From NCBI GenBank assembly GCA_964474005.1, contig CAYYRM010000001.1:1-49675 (forward strand): a stretch of DNA of 49,675 bases, written 5' to 3'. The stretch comes from an uncultured Eubacteriales bacterium (GTDB lineage Bacteria > Bacillota > Proteinivoracia > Proteinivoracales > Proteinivoracaceae). A program made the position numbers and the translations under genes. Each line of letters starts with the position of its first letter. The stretch's first letter is position 1. This document shows positions 42,516 through 49,675 of this stretch, piece by piece. Under the pieces are notes generated by a model, which was not told the origin of the DNA, searched no databases, and saw only the letters and a program-made list of their open reading frames with translations.

Positions 42516-42611
42516 AATATTAATGACTATAATATGATACATATAAAAAGGACTTTTGTAATAAATTGTGATAAAATATTATAAATTAGCAACAATTACA
42601 AAGGGTAATAA

Positions 42612-42640
42612 ATGGCGAACAGAAGGGATATGTGGTATAA
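42612..42640 (+). promoter_or_regulatory. Extended -10 sigma-A promoter of the peptidase-wal operon
   Basis: TGGCGA-17 bp-TATAAT with TGn directly before the -10. Confidence 0.6.
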
Positions 42641-42681
42641 TTGCAGAGTTATGTAAACTAAATAATGGGGGAGGGGTTATT

Positions 42682-43569
42682 TTGTTAAATATCAATGTAA
42701 ACAAAAGAAAAGCTGTCTTTTTGCCTGCTGTTTTATTTTTAGCTTTTATAATGGGTTTTACGGCACTAAATTGGGACAATGTTAGATTACTTGGAACTGC
42801 CACAGTTAGAGATGCCGTGGCTTCTTACAACAGAAATATCGCATACAAAGGATTTAACTGGATAACCCAAGACAATATAGATGTAGCTTTTAAGGATGAA
42901 GACGAAGCATTAGCCCAATTTATACTGAATTTATCTATAGAAAGCTTTCATGTACTGCAAGAAAAGTATATGTTCACTCCTAATGTAAGGCCACTGGTGG
43001 TCATTTATCCAAACTATGAAGAGTTATTGAAATCATTGGGCTGGGATGAGAATAATAAAGTCTCAGGAGTGTACCAAGGAGGTACAATAAAATTAGTGTC
43101 TCCAAAAACTTGGTATCCTGTGGAAGTATTGTCAGATATAAAGGAAATCTATCGTAACTTTGGACCATTACACCATGAAATGACACACCTTTTTGTTGAT
43201 TATATTGCAAAGGGTAATTACCCTGATTGGTATACCGAAGGCTTGGCTCAGCTTGAAGAACTCAAATTTTTAGACATTCAATGGATCGACGAAAACAACC
43301 AAAATCCTGAAAAATTATACACCTTTGATGAATTGCGCAGAGGATTTTATAGATTAGATAATCAAGCGTTGGCCTATCGACAGTCCCTAACCATGGCAAT
43401 ATTTTTAGAAGAAGTATACGGTAAAGAGGTTCATATGACAATTCTTAAAGAGCTGGGTACGGGGAAAAATTTTTCAGGGGCTTTAATAGCTGCCACTGGC
43501 ATAACAATGGAGCAATTTGAGAAAATGTATTTAATATGGATAGAAGATAATTGGAATAAATATTTCTAA
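42682..43569 (+). CDS. Peptidase MA family (gluzincin-like) membrane-anchored metallohydrolase
   Basis: HEMTH (HExxH), PDWYTEGLAQ, AYRQS; N-terminal TM; probable TTG start 42682 after GGGGGAGGGG. Confidence 0.8.
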   Translation: MLNINVNKRKAVFLPAVLFLAFIMGFTALNWDNVRLLGTATVRDAVASYNRNIAYKGFNWITQDNIDVAFKDEDEALAQFILNLSIESFHVLQEKYMFTPNVRPLVVIYPNYEELLKSLGWDENNKVSGVYQGGTIKLVSPKTWYPVEVLSDIKEIYRNFGPLHHEMTHLFVDYIAKGNYPDWYTEGLAQLEELKFLDIQWIDENNQNPEKLYTFDELRRGFYRLDNQALAYRQSLTMAIFLEEVYGKEVHMTILKELGTGKNFSGALIAATGITMEQFEKMYLIWIEDNWNKYF

Positions 43570-43582
43570 AGGAGGACTTTTT

Positions 43583-44275
43583 ATGACAACAAAAATTTTA
43601 GTGGTGGATGATGAAAAACCGATTGCTGATATAATTCAATACAATTTAGAGCGAGAAGGTTTTGATGTGGTGGCATGTCACGATGGTGAAGAGGCTGTAA
43701 AAAAAGCTTTTATGGAAAAACCAGAACTAATCCTATTGGATGTTATGCTACCTAAACTAAACGGGTTTGATGTGTGCAAAAAGATTAGGGAGTTTTCTAA
43801 TTGTCCTATCATTATGCTTACTGCTAAAGAAGAAGAAAGGGACAAGGTTTTGGGCTTAGAATATGGAGCTGATGACTATGTTACTAAACCCTTTGGTCAC
43901 AAAGAACTGTTGGCAAGAATTAATGCCCACATAAGAAGATATCACTCAATGGGGGGAAATGCCAACAATCCAACGGTGCAAAATGTCCACGGTTTAGAAA
44001 TTATCCCAGAAACCTATGAGGTAAGAAGGGATGGGGTAAATATCGAGCTTACACAAAGGGAGTTTGATTTATTGATGTTCTTAATAAACAACTCTGGAAA
44101 AGTCTATTCTAGGGAACAACTATTGGAACTGGTTTGGGGCTTTGACTATTACGGAGATGTAAGGACAGTGGATGTAACCATTCATAGACTAAGGGAAAAA
44201 ATTGAATCAAATCCCAGTAAAGCTGAATATATTCTTACAAAGCGGGGGTTTGGTTATTACTTTAGGAGGAATTAG
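43583..44275 (+). CDS. walR: Response regulator WalR/YycF
   Basis: ILVVDDEKPIADI, LLDVMLP, YSREQLLELVWGFDYYGDVRTVDVTIHRLREKIE; followed by walK-yycH-yycI. Confidence 0.95.
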   Translation: MTTKILVVDDEKPIADIIQYNLEREGFDVVACHDGEEAVKKAFMEKPELILLDVMLPKLNGFDVCKKIREFSNCPIIMLTAKEEERDKVLGLEYGADDYVTKPFGHKELLARINAHIRRYHSMGGNANNPTVQNVHGLEIIPETYEVRRDGVNIELTQREFDLLMFLINNSGKVYSREQLLELVWGFDYYGDVRTVDVTIHRLREKIESNPSKAEYILTKRGFGYYFRRN

Positions 44276-44277
44276 GT

Positions 44278-46044
44278 ATGGTTAAGTCCATACAGTATAA
44301 ACTTATTCTGATTTACATTCTCCTTTTGCTGTTTGCATTTGAGATACTTGGTGTATTTCTAATCAATGCCCTAGAAAGTTATTATGTGGAGGAATTTAGA
44401 CACAGCATAAAGTCACAAAGTCAGCTGTTATCCAATTTCATTGCTAGACATCTATATGAAGACCCAGACATTCCCACAATAAATCAATTGGTTCGAGAGT
44501 TTAGTCAACCACTGACAAATACAGAAATTTATGTAATCAGCAATGGAGGAATTGTCTTAAGTACTTCTAGGGGCAAAGAGAAGTATATAAATACTAGGAT
44601 TGTTCAGCATGAAGTAACAAGGGCTATCATGGGTACACCAGGTGAAGCAGTAAGAGCCAATCCAGATACAGGTACTAGAAACTATTTCTATGCTGTTCCA
44701 GTGGTACATGAACAGATCCAAGTGGGGACAATTTACATCATTGCCCCCCTTCATAATGTGGATAATACATTGGCGCGGGTTAGAAATATTTTAATAACAG
44801 GTACCATTGCCACTATGTTACTAACAGCAGGACTGGGCTTTTTTGTGGCTAAAACCATAACTCAACCCATAAAAGATGTCACCCAAAAAGCAGAGGCCAT
44901 GGCCCAAGGTGATTACGAGGGAAAAATAGATGTAAAGGCTAAAGATGAAATTGGCCAATTAGGTACCATGTTTAATTATCTTGCAGAAAAACTTCAGGAA
45001 TCCATAGGGGAAATCTCTGAAGAGAAGAATAAAACTGAAGTTATATTGAAAAATCTCACTGATGGGGTAGTGGCCTTCGATAAAGAAGGAAATGTAATAC
45101 ATCAAAATCCCCTAGCAGAAAGATTACTAAAGGTTAAAAAAAGCGTTAAACTTTTGGACATCCTTTTTAACAGTGAAGAAGAATTCCATAATTATTTACA
45201 GATAAAGGAAATCCAAAAAAGGCAAAAGGAGATTAAAGGTAAAACCCTTTTACTTAACTATGTACCATTTGCCAGTGAAAAGGGGAGTACAGGTTTAATT
45301 GTTGTGATAAATGATATTACTGAGCGGGAACAGCTGGAATATATGCGTAGGCAATTTGTGGCTGATGTTTCCCATGAACTTAGAACACCTCTTACAAGTA
45401 TTAAAAGTTATGTAGAAGCATTACAAAATGGCGGAATAGATAATAAAGATATAAGTAAAAAGTTTTTAGGTGTAGTTGAAGATGAAACAGATAGAATGGT
45501 GCGGATGGTAAAAGACCTATTAATGATCACAAGGTTGGATTATAAAAAAGAAGGTTGGTACTGGAAAAAGATTGACCTTATGGAATTGCTTGAATTAATA
45601 GTAACAAAGGTGGATTTGCAAATAAAAGAAAAGAAACAAAATGTAATTATAGATTTCGGTGAGAATATTCCTGAGATAATAGGAGATATGGATAAACTCC
45701 AGCAATTGTTTATTAACCTTTTTACTAACAGTATGAAATACACACAGCCAGAAGGGACAATAAAAATTAGTGCAAATAAATTGGATACTGATGAAATAGA
45801 GATAACCATTGAGGATAACGGAATAGGAATACCCAAAAGTGATTTGCCTAGAATTTTTGACAGATTTTACAGGGTAGATAAAGCCAGATCTAGGGAAATG
45901 GGTGGTACTGGACTAGGTCTAGCCATAGCGAAACAAATAGTTGAAGGACATAAAGGATCAATAAATATATCCAGTGAAGAAGGAATGGGTACGAAGGTTA
46001 CAGTTAAGTTACCTATAAAGCTTTTAGTAGAGGAGGAAAGCTAA
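44278..46044 (+). CDS. walK: Sensor histidine kinase WalK/YycG
   Basis: Two TM, HAMP, PAS-like segment, VSHELRTPLT, RFYRVDKARSREMGGTGLGL. Confidence 0.92.
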   Translation: MVKSIQYKLILIYILLLLFAFEILGVFLINALESYYVEEFRHSIKSQSQLLSNFIARHLYEDPDIPTINQLVREFSQPLTNTEIYVISNGGIVLSTSRGKEKYINTRIVQHEVTRAIMGTPGEAVRANPDTGTRNYFYAVPVVHEQIQVGTIYIIAPLHNVDNTLARVRNILITGTIATMLLTAGLGFFVAKTITQPIKDVTQKAEAMAQGDYEGKIDVKAKDEIGQLGTMFNYLAEKLQESIGEISEEKNKTEVILKNLTDGVVAFDKEGNVIHQNPLAERLLKVKKSVKLLDILFNSEEEFHNYLQIKEIQKRQKEIKGKTLLLNYVPFASEKGSTGLIVVINDITEREQLEYMRRQFVADVSHELRTPLTSIKSYVEALQNGGIDNKDISKKFLGVVEDETDRMVRMVKDLLMITRLDYKKEGWYWKKIDLMELLELIVTKVDLQIKEKKQNVIIDFGENIPEIIGDMDKLQQLFINLFTNSMKYTQPEGTIKISANKLDTDEIEITIEDNGIGIPKSDLPRIFDRFYRVDKARSREMGGTGLGLAIAKQIVEGHKGSINISSEEGMGTKVTVKLPIKLLVEEES

Positions 46045-47331
46045 ATGGGTATTGAAAAAATCAAGACGATAGTTTTATCTTTTATGATTGCGTTAAGTCT
46101 ATTGTTATCAACTAAGTTAATGTTTGGTGTGACAGGAAGCTACAATTCTCAAAGCATTGGCTTTGAAGAAATTTCCTTTGGCAGGGCACCAAGCCTCATA
46201 AATATATTGCTTCCTTGGCAATCGGTGATTATTACAGAAGAGGAAAATATATTAGTAACCCCAGGTACTTCAGACTTTTCTAAGGTGTTATATATATTAG
46301 AAGAGACATTGCCATCAGTTCAAGATGGGTATCAGTGGCAAAGACATAATTTAACTGAAGATATCTTTTCTGGTTCTGGTATGTATTTAAATTTCGGGTT
46401 AAATAATATCCCTGATTATTTAAGATTTGTTCTTCCAAATGTTCAGGAGTACACCTATCAAATACAGAACATCCATGGTTTGTATTATGACTTAGAAAAA
46501 CAAAGACTTATATTTTTAGATTTTCAAGAGGAGATATATTGGACACATTCTTTTGTGTATCCAAATTCAATTCTCAGGGGTTTGATAGAGGATGTTATGG
46601 AATCCTCAAGCCCGAGGCTAAAGCTTTTAGGTGCTGACTTAACCATGGGATTTGTTTTTGTACCAAAAGAAGGTTTAAAAGTAGCACCCCTAGTGGTCTC
46701 GGATGAAGATATAGAATCAGAAAAAATAAGAAAATCGTTTTTTAGTGATATGATATCAAGGAAGATACAAGAAAGGGATGGCACAATAATTTATACCGAT
46801 GGTATAAGTAGCGGACTGAGGATTTTTGGGGATAACGTGTATGAATATACCGCATATCAAGAAATCAATACCCCCTCGGTGGTAACTGTGGAAACTAGCT
46901 TTAGGGAGAGTATACAATTTATTACAAATCATGGCGGTTGGCCATCACCAGTATTTTTATATAGCTATAAATCCATAGATCCGGTGTATTCAGAGCACCA
47001 ATTTGGTTTTTCCTATTATGGACAAGGTCTCCCCGTACTATCAACGAAACCACCCCTAGAAGTGACTATCAAAGGAGGAAAGGTTTTAAGCTATTTTAGA
47101 AATATAAACAAAGTAAGGGGCCTAAATAGGGAAGAAAGCAAAGAGGTCATAAATGCAAAAGAAATAATTGGTAAACATGTAAAGGAAGAAAATAAAATTA
47201 ACAGGATGTTTTTGTCATATTATGTTTCTGATGTAAAAGTAGAATCACTCTATCCTGTTTGGGTATTGGATATGGGAAGTAGAATAATGTACGTAAATGC
47301 ATATACAGGAGATATTGTTAGGGAAGAGTAG
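46045..47331 (+). CDS. yycH: Two-component system regulator YycH-like
   Basis: EKIKTIVLSFMIALSLLL N-terminus, IIYTDG, FITNHGGW, LYPVW; follows walK. Confidence 0.8.
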   Translation: MGIEKIKTIVLSFMIALSLLLSTKLMFGVTGSYNSQSIGFEEISFGRAPSLINILLPWQSVIITEEENILVTPGTSDFSKVLYILEETLPSVQDGYQWQRHNLTEDIFSGSGMYLNFGLNNIPDYLRFVLPNVQEYTYQIQNIHGLYYDLEKQRLIFLDFQEEIYWTHSFVYPNSILRGLIEDVMESSSPRLKLLGADLTMGFVFVPKEGLKVAPLVVSDEDIESEKIRKSFFSDMISRKIQERDGTIIYTDGISSGLRIFGDNVYEYTAYQEINTPSVVTVETSFRESIQFITNHGGWPSPVFLYSYKSIDPVYSEHQFGFSYYGQGLPVLSTKPPLEVTIKGGKVLSYFRNINKVRGLNREESKEVINAKEIIGKHVKEENKINRMFLSYYVSDVKVESLYPVWVLDMGSRIMYVNAYTGDIVREE

Positions 47332-47345
47332 GAGGGGGTGGAGTA

Positions 47346-48209
47346 ATGGATTGGTCAAGGACTAAAACAATTTTTATTATCGCCTTTACCATACTGAATG
47401 TATTTTTAGCGGTACAGATATGGGTGTTTCCCAACGCCTTAGAAGGACAAATTACACAAAATGAAATAATAATGATTAGAGACCAATTGGCCTCCCAGAA
47501 TCTTAGTATTCAGACAAACATTCCAGATAGGGTTTATTCTAAAAGGATGTTAACCACAGCTACGCCTAAAACAGTCTACTCAGAGCTTAAATCTGCTTTC
47601 TTCAGCAACAGCAATATTAAGTCAGAGCAAAGGGATAACAACACTTATATTGTTACTTCAGATAGAAGTAAGCTGGTGGTTACCCCAGAAGGGAAAATCA
47701 CCTATACCGAAACAAATGGCCTTATTGTAATACCCATAAACGAAGAAAGTGCTGTTTCCATGGCAGAAAGATTTGCCAGCACCACACTACCCTTACCCTC
47801 AGATGCCAGACTAAGTGGGGTAAAGGCCATTGGAGATGATGAATATGTTGTGGAATATTATCAAGTATTTAAGAGGAACAGAATAGATGCTTCATATATA
47901 AGATTTACTGTGACACCAAGGGGAGTAACAACATATGAGCGTTACTGGGTAGAACCACTAAATTTTAGTGGTAATGAGTATTTGATAATACCATCCACCG
48001 GTGCACTTATGAGATTTGCGGACCTCTACTCTAAAAAAGGAATTATAACTAATTTGACCCTATCATACTACAGTGAACCCCTAAGGGCAGGGCAATGGCA
48101 AATGGTACCTGTATGGCAAATAGAGGTGGATAATAAGGATCTATATTTCTTCAATGCTTACACTGGTGAATTGGAAGGAATTAGAGCTTTAAATTATATA
48201 GGAAATTAG
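47346..48209 (+). CDS. yycI: Two-component system regulator YycI
   Basis: MDWSRTKTIFIIAFTILNVFL, PVWQI, NAYTG. Confidence 0.9.
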   Translation: MDWSRTKTIFIIAFTILNVFLAVQIWVFPNALEGQITQNEIIMIRDQLASQNLSIQTNIPDRVYSKRMLTTATPKTVYSELKSAFFSNSNIKSEQRDNNTYIVTSDRSKLVVTPEGKITYTETNGLIVIPINEESAVSMAERFASTTLPLPSDARLSGVKAIGDDEYVVEYYQVFKRNRIDASYIRFTVTPRGVTTYERYWVEPLNFSGNEYLIIPSTGALMRFADLYSKKGIITNLTLSYYSEPLRAGQWQMVPVWQIEVDNKDLYFFNAYTGELEGIRALNYIGN

Positions 48210-48218
48210 TTATAATGG

Positions 48219-48245
48219 GCAGGAATTTAATTATTTTTGTTGAAT
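48219..48245 (+). promoter_or_regulatory. Sigma-H-type promoter upstream of murA
   Basis: GCAGGAATT-11 bp-GTTGAAT. Confidence 0.7.
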
Positions 48246-48286
48246 ACACTTTAATGTACGTAAAATAGCCGTGGGAGGATAAGGAA

Positions 48287-49546
48287 TTGGAAAAGTTATT
48301 GGTCAAAGGCAAACAAAAATTAATTGGACAAGTTAAGATCAGTGGCGCAAAAAATGCTGCTGTTGCTATATTGCCTGCAACTATAGTGGCAGGTGGACCC
48401 TGTAGAATTGAGAATTTACCAAACATCAGTGACGTAAAAGTTTTAACTGAAATCTTACTGGAGTTAGGTGCACAGGTTAAATGGGTTGATGAGCATACAG
48501 TTATTATTGATCCTACAACCGTGAACACATATCATGCACCACATAAACTGGTTACCAAACTGAGGGCATCTTATTATCTAATGGGTGCATTGCTTGCAAG
48601 GTTTAAACAATCAAAAGTGGCCCTCCCCGGTGGATGCCAAATAGGGCCAAGACCTATAGATCAACACTTAAAGGGTTTTGAAGCCATGGGAGCATCGGTG
48701 AAAATTACAGGTGGAGATGTGGAACTTTTGGCCAATGACCTATGTGGTGGCTCAGTCTATATGGATTTAGTCACCGTGGGAGCAACTATAAATACCATGT
48801 TAGCAGCATCCCGTTGTTCTAATATTACAATCATTGAAAATGCAGCAAAAGAACCTGAAGTGGTTGATGTGGCAAACTTTCTAAACTCCATTGGAGTTTC
48901 TGTTAGAGGCGCTGGAACAGATGTAATAAAGATACAAGGATCTGATGAATTAACAGGCTGTACCCATAGTGTAATTCCTGACCGAATCGAAGCTGGTACA
49001 TTTATGATTGCAGCAGCTGCCACCAATGGAGATGTAAAGGTTTGTGACGTAATTCCAAAACACTTAGACCCTATAACGGCCAAGCTAAGGGAAGCAGGGA
49101 TAACAGTTGAAGAAGGGGATGACTTCATTAGAGTAATTGGAAATGAATCAAGACCCACAGCCATTGACGTAAAAACATTCCCCTACCCAGGATATCCTAC
49201 GGATCTACAACAGCCAATGATGGCATTTTTGACTAAAAGCCAAGGTGCTAGTTTGATTACAGAGAACATCTTTGAAAACAGATTTATGCATGTTGATGAG
49301 TTAAATAGAATGGGTGCAAATATCAAGGTTAAAGGAAGAACTGCCATTATAGAAGGTGTAAAAGACCTTGAAGGGGCCGAGGTAAAGGCCACTGACCTAC
49401 GTGCTGGCCCTGCCCTAGTAATTGCAGGCCTTATGGCAGAAGGTTTGACTAAAATTTCAGGAGTTGACCACATCAAGAGAGGTTATGAAAATATCGATAA
49501 AAAGTTTAAAGCCCTGGGTGTGGATATTGAATATGTAAAAGAATAA
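48287..49546 (+). CDS. murA: UDP-N-acetylglucosamine 1-carboxyvinyltransferase (MurAB/MurZ-type paralogue)
   Basis: SGAKNA, LRASYYLMG, LPGGCQIGPRPIDQH (active-site Cys kept), PDRIEAGT, PGYPTDLQ, RGYE. Confidence 0.96.
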   Translation: MEKLLVKGKQKLIGQVKISGAKNAAVAILPATIVAGGPCRIENLPNISDVKVLTEILLELGAQVKWVDEHTVIIDPTTVNTYHAPHKLVTKLRASYYLMGALLARFKQSKVALPGGCQIGPRPIDQHLKGFEAMGASVKITGGDVELLANDLCGGSVYMDLVTVGATINTMLAASRCSNITIIENAAKEPEVVDVANFLNSIGVSVRGAGTDVIKIQGSDELTGCTHSVIPDRIEAGTFMIAAAATNGDVKVCDVIPKHLDPITAKLREAGITVEEGDDFIRVIGNESRPTAIDVKTFPYPGYPTDLQQPMMAFLTKSQGASLITENIFENRFMHVDELNRMGANIKVKGRTAIIEGVKDLEGAEVKATDLRAGPALVIAGLMAEGLTKISGVDHIKRGYENIDKKFKALGVDIEYVKE

Positions 49547-49571
49547 GTGAAGGTTAATCCTTCACTTTTTT
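49545..49571 (+). terminator. Terminator after murA
   Basis: AAGTGAAGG-ttaat-CCTTCACTT-TTTT. Confidence 0.8.
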
Positions 49572-49675
49572 GTCTAATAATATATTAGTCTTTATAAACA
49601 AAATGTAAAAATTAAAATATCTAGGGCCCTTATGGGCCTTAAGTCCTTTTATTTTAGTGTTAGTAAATGTATAAT

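Noticed and set aside
42557-42572. Canonical WalR box
   Set aside because: TGTAAT-N4-TGTGAT has a 4-bp spacer and a mismatch, versus TGTWAH-N5-TGTWAH.
48210-49675. Absence of yycJ/htrA after yycI
   Set aside because: They may follow murA just beyond the right edge, where a -10-like TATAAT ends the window; this cannot be judged here.

Overview
This is the replication-origin region of a low-GC, probably endospore-forming Firmicute (Clostridia-like; taxonomy inferred from gene content only). Left of oriC all genes lie on the - strand: dnaA-dnaN-yaaA-recF-remB-gyrB-gyrA, then an orphan beta-lysine N-acetyltransferase, then tandem rRNA-type promoters, boxA and a heptamer-repeat-rich rRNA leader that runs off the left edge. 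Right of oriC nearly all genes are on +: rpmH-rnpA-yidD-yidC-jag-mnmE-mnmG-rsmG-noc-soj-spo0J with two parS sites, a cysteine desulfurase/DUF554/PLP-aldolase block, M23 peptidase-bactofilin, ykuS/yyaC/yyaD-like sporulation genes, rpsF-ssb-rpsR, rplI, a PurR-box-preceded flavoprotein-purA pair, four tRNAs, M23/LysM and MA peptidases, walRK-yycHI and murA. I found no mobile element, CRISPR array, prophage or defence system, and I cannot claim a clearly new biological system. The best leads are the heptamer architecture of the rRNA leader, the PurR-linked Fe-S flavoprotein, a pseudo-glycosyltransferase-TPR protein, a split Gate-domain transporter, a set of SigH-type promoters on cell-wall genes and the ablB-like gene behind gyrA. 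All gene calls come from motif and synteny recognition by eye, not from database searches.
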